Shown here: piece by piece, positions 37,251-45,800 of the stretch
Numbering within the stretch: the stretch's first letter is position 1
Layout: every line of letters starts with the position of its first letter
Assembly (NCBI GenBank): GCA_964631835.1
Contig: CAZWAD010000016.1
Coordinates: forward strand, 8,297-72,296
DNA from: an uncultured Chitinophaga sp.
GTDB lineage: Bacteria; Bacteroidota; Bacteroidia; Chitinophagales; LD1
Reading direction: 5' to 3'
DNA: 64,000 nt
The notes under the pieces: model-generated
What the model was told of the DNA's origin: nothing
Seen by the model: the letters and a program-made list of their open reading frames with translations, nothing else
The model's database searches: none
Made by a program: the position numbers and the translations under genes

Positions 37251-38067
37251 GCTCTAACCTTTCTATATCATCTATAGTAATCTGACTGAAAACAGCAGGG
37301 ATTTCACCTAAACTCATTTCATGTTTTGGTTTATTGGGCATATCGAAAAAGTCTACCTGGCGAAATTGGTCTGGATCCATTTTCAAAATTTCCAGCCGGT
37401 GATTGTCAGAAGGTGGCTTGTAATAATGAATCAACTGCGCTTCATCGGGAATCATAGCCATAACCGCAGCCAGACGTATCTGGTTTGAACCATTTTCAGG
37501 TGACGCATGAATCAGTCTGTGATCAAACACAACTGCATCTCCTTTTTTGAGTGGCAAATCTGTAAGAAACCGATCATGAAGTATGCCACGGATACGTTCG
37601 AATAAAACGGGAGTATTCATGCCTCTTGGATACCCTGCATAAATATGACTTCTCTCCACTACTTGCAGATTTCCATTACTATAATCCATATCACAAAGCG
37701 CTACCCAAAGGCTTATAGAACGGAATTTCACTTCATCAACCAAAGTCCAGTCCTGATGGAGAAGCATATCGCTATTTGTGCCTGGACGTTTTACAGTAAA
37801 CACTCCCATTACCGGCTTATAATTATCAATAAATTTAAGTGAAAAAGGCATCAGGGTCTCGGTAATTTTTTTAAATACCATATCTCGGTAATCCGAGTTG
37901 TGATTCCAGTTTGAAATTGTAAAAGCGCGTTGGTCAGCAATGTCGTTTTGGGTGAAAAACTGGGCGAGGTTATCGCATGTTTCATCCGATACCATTTCTT
38001 GCAGAATTACGTATCCCTTACGACTAATGGCTTCCTCTAACCCCTTGTTTGCAAAAATTTTTCTCAT
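37231..38067 (-). CDS. PhyH-family Fe/2OG dioxygenase
   Basis: LHQDW, LWVAL, NGNLQVVERSH, FDHRLIHAS. Confidence 0.88.
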   Translation of the reverse strand: MRKIFANKGLEEAISRKGYVILQEMVSDETCDNLAQFFTQNDIADQRAFTISNWNHNSDYRDMVFKKITETLMPFSLKFIDNYKPVMGVFTVKRPGTNSDMLLHQDWTLVDEVKFRSISLWVALCDMDYSNGNLQVVERSHIYAGYPRGMNTPVLFERIRGILHDRFLTDLPLKKGDAVVFDHRLIHASPENGSNQIRLAAVMAMIPDEAQLIHYYKPPSDNHRLEILKMDPDQFRQVDFFDMPNKPKHEMSLGEIPAVFSQITIDDIERLEHEQTAE

Positions 38068-38089
38068 AGTAAAAAATGAGCCTATTCAA

Positions 38090-39469
38090 TCAGCAACTGC
38101 TCTGAAGTTCACTCATAACAACTTTAACTTTTTCAAACTCTATTTTATGTGGAAATGTTTTAATAATCATTTCCGGTTCTGTTTTCTTCAATTCCTGAAC
38201 AACTCGATGATAACTTCCGTTTAACTCTGCTTCATTCAGAATTTTTGTGACTTCCGTATTAATCACTTCTTCTGCCCCAGCCCATTCTCCGGGTTCAAAT
38301 TTTGCCCGTACATATTTACTCATCCGTTCAAAAAAGCTTTCTGCATCGGAAAGAACAGACAGGTTGCTTTGTTTTTGCTCCTGTTCAACAGCCTGCAAAA
38401 AAAGGTGTCTGATATGCGATATGTAATTCTTGTAGTTGCGCAGGTTTGTTTCCTCTAAAGGGTTTTCTGGTATGATGTGTTCCCTGTCAAGTTCTTCATA
38501 AATACGTTTCAACTCGATAGAAGGAAGGCTTCTGAGTGAAAGACTCTTCGGAAAACTAACAATGTTATAAACCACATAAACCATTTTTTTATTAGCCCAA
38601 TTCAAAAGCTTAGGAACTTCCTGCCAACTTTGTATAATTGGTGAAGGAGAGATAGTAAAATCAGTTCCTTTGTATTTGCAGTAATCCATAAAGTATTGTG
38701 TATTCCCTATCACTCTTTCGAAGTTTGAATTCACTCTGATTTCTTCAAACACCCTCTTATCAACCGCATCCAACGAAACATTGATATGAAACCTTCCCTG
38801 TTCCAAAATAGCTTTTATTCTTTGATTAAGGAACGTACCGTTCGTTTGCACTCTTATCTCAATTTGGGGATTCAACTCAAGCATTGTGGCCCACATATCA
38901 AAATAAATTTTTACCATAAACGGTTCACCTCCGTAAAACAGTGCCTTTCGCAGGTGTGGAATAAATTCTTCCAATTGCTTGACAAACTCATAATTATAAG
39001 GTGAAGAAAAAGATGGTAGTTTTTCCCTATTGCGTCTGATAGAAGAAGAAAACCTTCCATCGCACATAACGCATTCAAGATTACAATCATTATCAAGTTC
39101 AAACTCCATTACTTCAGGAAAGCCAGTACGATTTAGCTTAGCTGAATCAGCATAATGGTCATACGATTTTGCGCCCACATTTTCGAAATCTCTTTCCATA
39201 ATCCTTTGTCCGCACGACTCGCACCCGAGCGTAAAGTCGTTAAGCTGAATTGCCTTTCTTAACCGCTCAAAAGAGCCACCAAACCAAATTTCCCGAATAC
39301 TGTTCTCAGGCCACCTGCCCAGGTAACTTTGTTTACCGCTGAAACAGCAATTGTGAACTGCCCCATTGAACGAAAAAAACATATGAGAAAACGGAACATA
39401 GCATGCGGCCCCGCGGGCATTCGCGCTTCGAGTTGCGTAATATTCTTCTATAATTTTGTTATCAACCAT
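38090..39469 (-). CDS. Radical SAM protein with N-terminal SPASM/twitch-like Cys cluster
   Basis: CYVPF...NCC...CESC, then NDCNLECVMC and FYGGEPF. Confidence 0.85.
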   Translation of the reverse strand: MVDNKIIEEYYATRSANARGAACYVPFSHMFFSFNGAVHNCCFSGKQSYLGRWPENSIREIWFGGSFERLRKAIQLNDFTLGCESCGQRIMERDFENVGAKSYDHYADSAKLNRTGFPEVMEFELDNDCNLECVMCDGRFSSSIRRNREKLPSFSSPYNYEFVKQLEEFIPHLRKALFYGGEPFMVKIYFDMWATMLELNPQIEIRVQTNGTFLNQRIKAILEQGRFHINVSLDAVDKRVFEEIRVNSNFERVIGNTQYFMDYCKYKGTDFTISPSPIIQSWQEVPKLLNWANKKMVYVVYNIVSFPKSLSLRSLPSIELKRIYEELDREHIIPENPLEETNLRNYKNYISHIRHLFLQAVEQEQKQSNLSVLSDAESFFERMSKYVRAKFEPGEWAGAEEVINTEVTKILNEAELNGSYHRVVQELKKTEPEMIIKTFPHKIEFEKVKVVMSELQSSC

Positions 39470-40277
39470 ATTTTTGTTGAACTAACTCCGTTATGGATGG
39501 CATTCCCGTTCCCGATATAATTTCTTTGATTTTTTTTACACCTTTCGGTTCTTCAAAAAAGTTGAAACTGTTGTAAAAAGTTTCATTCACTTCGTAAACT
39601 TCAAGTTTATCCTTTTGCCCGTTTCTTTTAAAATAATGCAAATTCGGGGCCCTATTTGGAATCATCGCTGCCCCAACGGCTACTCTCGATCTCCCCGAAA
39701 GGTTTGGGTCGGAAAAATGAACCAAGCCCCCATGATAAATAACCGCTTCACCCGCTTTCACCAGAAACGAAGTCGAATTTTCATAAATAAAATTCCTCAA
39801 TTTCGAATAAGCATTGTCATCATATGGCGTATAGCGTATGTTTTGAAAAGTCTTATGGCTGTTTAAAAGCGCATGAAACAATCCTGTTTTCTCATCAATA
39901 TCGATCAACGGAATCCAAATATTGATTGATACGAAATCAGGAGATGTAAAATTCCAGTCCTGGTGAATCCCGACTTTGGTTTCGGCTGACGATTCTTTTA
40001 CAATAAAATTGGCAAAAAGCATTTTATACCCGCTTACAACAGAATTAACTTTGCCCAGAATGACTTTCCTGATTTCGTCATTTGTCCTTTTCCGATAGTC
40101 CGGATTACCAATAAACATGGTAGAATGAAATTTTTTATCTGAAATTCCGTCAGATATATCTTCATATACATGCAACAAACTTTCCACTTCAGCATTGTTT
40201 AACAATGGAACACGAACTATTCCGTCATTTTCAAATTGGCTTTCAAGAGAAGAGGAGAAAAAAATGGTGCTACTCAT
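39462..40277 (-). CDS. PhyH-family Fe/2OG dioxygenase
   Basis: IHQDW, IWIPL, YHGGLVHFS. Start at MSSTIF (40277) gives an ATGA overlap with the upstream gene. Confidence 0.88.
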   Translation of the reverse strand: MSSTIFFSSSLESQFENDGIVRVPLLNNAEVESLLHVYEDISDGISDKKFHSTMFIGNPDYRKRTNDEIRKVILGKVNSVVSGYKMLFANFIVKESSAETKVGIHQDWNFTSPDFVSINIWIPLIDIDEKTGLFHALLNSHKTFQNIRYTPYDDNAYSKLRNFIYENSTSFLVKAGEAVIYHGGLVHFSDPNLSGRSRVAVGAAMIPNRAPNLHYFKRNGQKDKLEVYEVNETFYNSFNFFEEPKGVKKIKEIISGTGMPSITELVQQKYG

Positions 40278-41857
40278 AACATCGGCTTTACACACTTAAT
40301 TTCCAGCCATTCAGCAGGGTAGAATTCTGGTTCGCCTCCAAAAATGTCAATACCAAACTTAGATTCAAACTGCTGCCTGATAGATATGTCGTCAACAAAT
40401 GAAAACTTTCTAACAAAATTAATTTCAAAACTTGCGGAACGTAAGGCACTAAGAGTATTATTCAGATTGAGGGTATTATAGCTATAAAGCCTGTTAATAT
40501 TCTCAATCGTTTTTCGAATTCGTTTTTTCCAGTGCTCATTGTTGGGCTCCTTGTAATAAAAATCCTTGATATAAATATTGCCTCCTGGTTTTAAAACTTT
40601 AAATGATTCCAAAATCACCCTTTCAGGTACACCAGCATGCCCTAAAGATTCAAGGAACAAAACTTTATCAAAGCTGTTTTCCGGAAACAAAGCGGAAAGT
40701 TCATGATAATCGCCCTGCAAAATCTCGATTTTGCCAGCCAGATTCTTTCTGTCAATCTCATTCACAGCTTGTTTGGCTTGCACTTCGGAAATAGTAACGC
40801 CCGATATCTTCACATCGTTACTCAAGGCAATCCAGATTGCCGGACCTGCAACTCCGCAACCAGCATCCAGAATCTTATCTCCATTTTTTATCCCCGCACT
40901 TGTTGCAATGTAATTCATCAGTGCGTCCTTATTGCTTGGACGGAATGCCTGAATAGTGTCACCATAGACTTCACTATAGCCCTGCTGCATAGTGTTGTAG
41001 TACTCCGCTGTTTTTTTCGATTGCGGTTTGTAGGAACTTCCGTTCAATGAAGTTTTTTTCCTGAAAACTTCTTCAGAAAAAGTTACAGCAGGCTGGTCAA
41101 TGGTTTCAACTAACTGAACTCCTTCGGGTTTTTTGCCAATTGTGTACGTCAGGTAAAAGTCAGAGTCAACAACATATTTCTCAACCTCTACACCATTTTT
41201 ATCCGGTAAACCGAAATAATGGTATACTGGAACATTCTCGGGAACCATAATCAAGGTAAATGCAAATCGTGGGGAAACAGAAATATTAGGTAGCGAAAAA
41301 TGAATTAACCGGTGGTCCCAAATCAAAGCTTCGCCTGCTTTAAGGATTATCGACAGTGCATATTTTTCTTTTATTGTTTTACTTAAGCCATTAAAGGGTT
41401 CATGAACATAGGGTCCGCGAAGTGCAGTCAGGTACTTGTGGCTTCCCGGAACGACATGAAGCGCACCATTTTTTTCCGTCACGTCCTGAAAAGGAACCCA
41501 AAAAGCATAAGAGGAATATTTGGTTTCATCTACATAAGTCCAATCCTGGTGAACCGGGAAATTGCCCTCTGGTCCCTGCTCTTTTATCATGTAGTTGGTA
41601 TAAAGCACCCTGTAACCATTCAGAAAACTTCGGGCTTTGGGTTCAAACATTTTCTTAATCTTTTCATCCACCTGTTTACGATATTCTGTTGACGGATTAA
41701 ACATAGTTACGTGAGTACCCTTAGCATTTACTTGAGGCAGGCTGAAATAAAACTTTTTGAGTTCCTCTAATTGCTCTGAACCGGCAAAGGGGACAACTGC
41801 AAATCCATTTTCCTCGATTTGCTCATTAAGTTGCCGGGAAACAAAATCATTTCGCAT
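40274..41857 (-). CDS. PhyH-family dioxygenase fused to a class I SAM methyltransferase
   Basis: N-half has VHQDW, NGALHVVPGSH and WDHRLIHFS. C-half has ILDAGCGVAG, GVTIS, FDKVLFLESLGH and LKPGG. Confidence 0.88.
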   Translation of the reverse strand: MRNDFVSRQLNEQIEENGFAVVPFAGSEQLEELKKFYFSLPQVNAKGTHVTMFNPSTEYRKQVDEKIKKMFEPKARSFLNGYRVLYTNYMIKEQGPEGNFPVHQDWTYVDETKYSSYAFWVPFQDVTEKNGALHVVPGSHKYLTALRGPYVHEPFNGLSKTIKEKYALSIILKAGEALIWDHRLIHFSLPNISVSPRFAFTLIMVPENVPVYHYFGLPDKNGVEVEKYVVDSDFYLTYTIGKKPEGVQLVETIDQPAVTFSEEVFRKKTSLNGSSYKPQSKKTAEYYNTMQQGYSEVYGDTIQAFRPSNKDALMNYIATSAGIKNGDKILDAGCGVAGPAIWIALSNDVKISGVTISEVQAKQAVNEIDRKNLAGKIEILQGDYHELSALFPENSFDKVLFLESLGHAGVPERVILESFKVLKPGGNIYIKDFYYKEPNNEHWKKRIRKTIENINRLYSYNTLNLNNTLSALRSASFEINFVRKFSFVDDISIRQQFESKFGIDIFGGEPEFYPAEWLEIKCVKPML

Positions 41858-41860
41858 AAC

Positions 41861-42706
41861 TTAAACTCCAACCGTCAGATTTCTGTTACATAATTCGACT
41901 AACTCCTCTTCTGTAATTTTATGAATCGGGAAGTTCACCCGTCCTAATTTTTTCCCTCCGACTGGCTTCCTCCACATATCGAAATCAAAAAAGTAATCAT
42001 CATCCACTTCTATAATTGACACTTCATCAGTTGCTTCATTTTCTTTATAGCAGTGAATGATAGGCGCTTCGCGGGGTTTTAAGATAAGCTGTACAGCCTT
42101 GCGGTGTTCTTGTGTTTGATTAATTCCCGAATAATGGATGACACTGTCATCTACAATACCTACCTGCCCGGGCTCAAGCTCAAAGGGCAGCATGTATTTT
42201 TCTTTCATCACATCATTAATATTATCGAACACCCAGGGAATGGAAGGCCCCCGGTAATCAGAAATTACTTTGTGAGAACCTGGAACAACCTCCAGTGTTC
42301 CGTTTTTTCTGCTAACTTTTTGCAGTGGGATCCAGACTGAAACTGAGGTATATTTTTTTTCATCCACAAAAGTCCAGTTTTGATGTATGGGGACTTCACC
42401 AGTACCGTATTCTTTATTAAAAAGGTTAATGATGATAGGAGTATAATTGTCAAGATGTTTGTCAATAAGAGGTTTCATAAAATCGTAAACCGCTTTGAAC
42501 TTTTTCTTTTTCGAAACAACATCTTTCTCAAAGAAACTTAACTCATAAGAGTTTTTATTAGTGTTAGCAGTTCCGCTGACACCTTCAATTTCATCATACA
42601 AAGCAACAAACCTTTTGATTTCTTCGGAGGTGAAAAGCCCGACAACCACATAGCCGTTGCGCTCAAACTGCCTTTGAAAGGCATCGTTAATAAATGTCTT
42701 TCTCAT
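41861..42706 (-). CDS. PhyH-family Fe/2OG dioxygenase (HQN variant)
   Basis: PIHQNW, VWIPL, NGTLEVVPGSH, DDSVIHYS. Start at MRKTF (42706); the longer ORF-track start runs through the tRNA. Confidence 0.85.
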   Translation of the reverse strand: MRKTFINDAFQRQFERNGYVVVGLFTSEEIKRFVALYDEIEGVSGTANTNKNSYELSFFEKDVVSKKKKFKAVYDFMKPLIDKHLDNYTPIIINLFNKEYGTGEVPIHQNWTFVDEKKYTSVSVWIPLQKVSRKNGTLEVVPGSHKVISDYRGPSIPWVFDNINDVMKEKYMLPFELEPGQVGIVDDSVIHYSGINQTQEHRKAVQLILKPREAPIIHCYKENEATDEVSIIEVDDDYFFDFDMWRKPVGGKKLGRVNFPIHKITEEELVELCNRNLTVGV

Positions 42707-42796
42707 TGTAAATTCAATTCTTCTAAAATAGCACAAAGCTACTATAAATAAAAGGAGCAGATGAATGATAATGGTCAGACAGGCTAGTAAAAGCAA

Positions 42797-42820
42797 AAAT
42801 CCTGCTTTGATGCAGGATTT
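42797..42820 (-). terminator. Hairpin downstream of tRNA-Ser
   Basis: AAATCCTGC-TTTGAT-GCAGGATTT; on the minus strand it is followed by TT and then GCTTTT. Confidence 0.6.
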
Positions 42821-42826
42821 ACCGCG

Positions 42827-42914
42827 CGGAGGGAGAGGGATTCGAACCCCCGGAAGGCTCATCACCTTCGACTGTTTTCAAGACAGTTCCGATCAACCAC
42901 TCTGGCATCCCTCC
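42827..42914 (-). tRNA. tRNA-Ser (anticodon UGA); CCA not encoded
   Basis: Minus strand GGAGGGATGCCAGAGTGGTTGATCGGAACTGTCTTGAAAACAGTCGAAGGTGATGAGCCTTCCGGGGGTTCGAATCCCTCTCCCTCCG: acceptor stem, long variable arm, GTTCGAATC T-loop. Confidence 0.97.
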
Positions 42915-42969
42915 GGGGGCGAATATAAAAAGTTGGAGAAACATTAAAAGCAAAAATGAACCGACCGGG

Positions 42970-43956
42970 TTATTCTTTCGAATCCGGTTCCTTAATTTCC
43001 AGCTCCTTTTGTCGGAGGGTTTTGTTGTAATGTATGCTCGCATTTATTTCGTAACCAATGAGGAGGACAAAAGAATTGATATTGAGCCAAATCATAAACA
43101 ACATAATTGTCCCAATAGAACCGAAAATAACATTCAGCCGGTTGAAATTGTTAACCCAAAACGAAAATCCCACAGATACGAGAATCAACAATATGGTAGC
43201 CACAGTAGCACCGGTAGAAATAAATTTATACTTTTTCCGTGTGGCAGGGCCGTAGTAATAAATAAGTGATATGGAAAAGAAAAACATCAAAAGAATGAGC
43301 ATGTACCTGAGCATGTTGATCAGCAAGTGTGTAAATTTATTTTGGATTTTAAGCCAGTCAAAAACAAATGCTACTGATTCCTGACCGAGAATAATCAAGG
43401 TGATGGTAAAAATGAAGAGTGTAATCAGAAGAATAGTAATTTTCAAAGCAACAAAACGTTCCTGTATGGTATTTCTCTTCCTGTAGTGCGCATAGGACTT
43501 ATCAAATGAACTCATCATGGCTATCACTCCATTGGATGTGAGAAACAGAACCAGAAAAGCAGAACCAGTCAAAAGCCCGCCCCGCTTGTGGTTAGCCAGG
43601 TCGTTTAGCAAAGGCTCAATAAATGATTGAATAAAATTGAAAGTTTCTTTATTGGGTAAGACTTCCTTGAGCAAATTCATGATACTTTTGTCAAGGTCGC
43701 TGAAATAAGGAATATAGGGGATCAGGGTGAATACAAAAGTAAGGGCGGGGAAAAACGCGAGAAAAAAACTGAAAGCAATTCCCTGGCTGCGAATAGGAAG
43801 CGAGTTAGCGCGTATTTCGGCAGCAAAAAAACGAACGACATCAAGGACGGGAATACCATCAAAACCGGGAACTGTAAAGGTTTTTACTTTATCCGAAAGC
43901 GGACCAAGAAACGGATACCTCCTTGTCAGTTTCCCCCAATATTTTCTCATCACCAT
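42970..43956 (-). CDS. YihY/BrkB family inner membrane protein
   Basis: IAFSFFLAFFPAL, SNGVIAMMSSFD, IYYYGP, FGSIGTIMLFMIWL, LLIGYEINAS. Confidence 0.9.
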   Translation of the reverse strand: MVMRKYWGKLTRRYPFLGPLSDKVKTFTVPGFDGIPVLDVVRFFAAEIRANSLPIRSQGIAFSFFLAFFPALTFVFTLIPYIPYFSDLDKSIMNLLKEVLPNKETFNFIQSFIEPLLNDLANHKRGGLLTGSAFLVLFLTSNGVIAMMSSFDKSYAHYRKRNTIQERFVALKITILLITLFIFTITLIILGQESVAFVFDWLKIQNKFTHLLINMLRYMLILLMFFFSISLIYYYGPATRKKYKFISTGATVATILLILVSVGFSFWVNNFNRLNVIFGSIGTIMLFMIWLNINSFVLLIGYEINASIHYNKTLRQKELEIKEPDSKE

Positions 43957-43975
43957 GATACCGGTAAAAATAAAA

Positions 43976-44380
43976 TTAAAAGTATGGCATCAGCTTGCTG
44001 AGCAGAATCTGTGGAGCCGTTTTAATTTTCTTTGATTGTGCATCTATAAAAATAAGTTGGGTTTCGCCTTCATTAATTTTCTCATTTTGCGAGTTTCTTA
44101 CATCGTATTGAAAAATAATAATCCGGTTGGGTAAATAAGGGATAACCGTTTTTATGGTAAGCAGTTCGTCATAAAAAGCAGGCTGAATGTATTTAATACT
44201 CATTCGCGTTATCGGCATCATGGTTCCCGAATCTTCAATTTCCTTGTACGAAATTCCTGCCGAGCGGATGGCTTCAGCGCGTGCTTCCTCATAGTAACGA
44301 CCATAATTGCCGTAGTACACATAGCCCATCTGGTCGGTATCACTATACCTCACTCTAATTTGATGTTCGTACTTAAACAT
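43976..44380 (-). CDS. Acyl-CoA thioesterase (YbgC/FadM family)
   Basis: IRVRYSDTDQMGYVYYGNY..YYEEAR. Confidence 0.92.
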   Translation of the reverse strand: MFKYEHQIRVRYSDTDQMGYVYYGNYGRYYEEARAEAIRSAGISYKEIEDSGTMMPITRMSIKYIQPAFYDELLTIKTVIPYLPNRIIIFQYDVRNSQNEKINEGETQLIFIDAQSKKIKTAPQILLSKLMPYF

Positions 44381-44390
44381 TATTGCTCAC

Positions 44391-45404
44391 TTAATGAATG
44401 TTCATTTCGTTCAGTTTCTTCCGGTATTGAGTGGCAACTTTAGCCTGTTCTTCGTACGTTTTAGAAAAAACGGAATAACCGCTCATATCGGGATTCGCGC
44501 AGAAATACAAATACTTGTGCTCGTCAGAATTCAATACAGCATCAATGGACTTTTTACGGGGCATGCAAATAGGTCCCGGAGGTAAGCCGGCATATAAATA
44601 GGTATTGTAAGGAGAATCATATTCCTTATGAATTTGGTTCACTCTTCGTGCGTCAAAATCGCGAAGAGCGAAAACCAAAGTTGGGTCAGCCTGCAAAGGC
44701 ATACCAATTCTTAAACGGTTGATGTAAACCCCGGCAACTGTTGGTAATTCCTTATCGCGTATTACTTCTTTCTCTACAATAGAAGCAAGTATAGTTACCT
44801 GTTGTGCTGTAAGGCTTTTTGCTCCGGCTTTTTTCAAACGATCTTCGTTCCAGAACTCGTCATAAGCTGAACTCATTTTTTCAAGAAATTTTTCAATGGA
44901 AACATTCCAATAAAATTTGTAGTTGTCAGTAATAAACCGTGTAAGAATATTATTTGTATCCAATCCGTGTTGCTTACAAAAGGTATCGTTGTTCAGAACT
45001 GATAGAAGCCTATTTGAATCAAGTTCAAGAGTTCTTCCGACCAAGCCGGTGAATTCTTCCTTGGTTCTGATATTGTAAATAACAAGAGTAACTGGTGTCT
45101 GCAACCCCGCTCGAAGCATATTCACCATCTGCCGGTTATTCATTTTAGCGTCAAAAACATAATATCCCGCTTTTATGCGCTCAGGGTAACGTTTCATTTT
45201 ACTAACGAGCGAAAAAGAAAATTCGCTTTTCAATACCGCACTTTCCTGCAATATCTGTAGCACATTTTCATAAGTTGAACCAGTAGGAATTTTCACCGAA
45301 ACTCTTTTCCCTCCGGCAATGTTGGGCATGACAAAAACGAAATACGCAAAAGCCAAACCTGTTAAAACAACAAAAAGAAGAAAAACTACACAGGCCCGTT
45401 TCAT
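44391..45404 (-). CDS. mltG: Endolytic transglycosylase MltG
   Basis: LASIVEKE, VAGVYINRL..GMPLQADPT, SPYNTYLYAGLPPGPI, YLYFCA. Confidence 0.95.
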   Translation of the reverse strand: MKRACVVFLLFVVLTGLAFAYFVFVMPNIAGGKRVSVKIPTGSTYENVLQILQESAVLKSEFSFSLVSKMKRYPERIKAGYYVFDAKMNNRQMVNMLRAGLQTPVTLVIYNIRTKEEFTGLVGRTLELDSNRLLSVLNNDTFCKQHGLDTNNILTRFITDNYKFYWNVSIEKFLEKMSSAYDEFWNEDRLKKAGAKSLTAQQVTILASIVEKEVIRDKELPTVAGVYINRLRIGMPLQADPTLVFALRDFDARRVNQIHKEYDSPYNTYLYAGLPPGPICMPRKKSIDAVLNSDEHKYLYFCANPDMSGYSVFSKTYEEQAKVATQYRKKLNEMNIH

Positions 45405-45407
45405 GAG

Positions 45408-45800
45408 CTACTCCAGAAATTTCTCTTTCAGTTCAGGGGTGGGAAGGCGGCATGTATCGCTTTTGCCAAACCATTTGTAGCGGTTTGCCGCTATGATATT
45501 ATAAACAAAATCGCGGACAAAGCGGGGTACAATGAAAAATAAGACACCAAGTGAATAAATTCCCCCAAGTAATTTCAGGATGCGAAGTGCTGCATCGGAG
45601 CGCACAAATACTTTATCATCTTCAATCAAAAGAACGGTATCCATAAAGTCGTCTTCCAACTTAAATTTCTCTATGGTTTTTCTTCCGAACTCCGACTGAA
45701 GCGAAGCGAATTTGAATTGGTTTTTCCCATCGCGATCTATAATCCAGGTTACTGAAGCATTACACAAATTGCAAACTCCATCGAAAAGAACAGCCTTCAT
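45408..45800 (-). CDS. DCC1-like thiol-disulfide oxidoreductase (DUF393)
   Basis: VLFDGVCNLCN, FKFASLQS, RDFVYNIIAANRYKWFG. Confidence 0.92.
   Translation of the reverse strand: MKAVLFDGVCNLCNASVTWIIDRDGKNQFKFASLQSEFGRKTIEKFKLEDDFMDTVLLIEDDKVFVRSDAALRILKLLGGIYSLGVLFFIVPRFVRDFVYNIIAANRYKWFGKSDTCRLPTPELKEKFLE

Noticed and set aside
42707-43043. N-terminal extension of the PhyH ORF to 42865 and ORF 42819-43043
   Set aside because: Both overlap the tRNA-Ser gene and its terminator.
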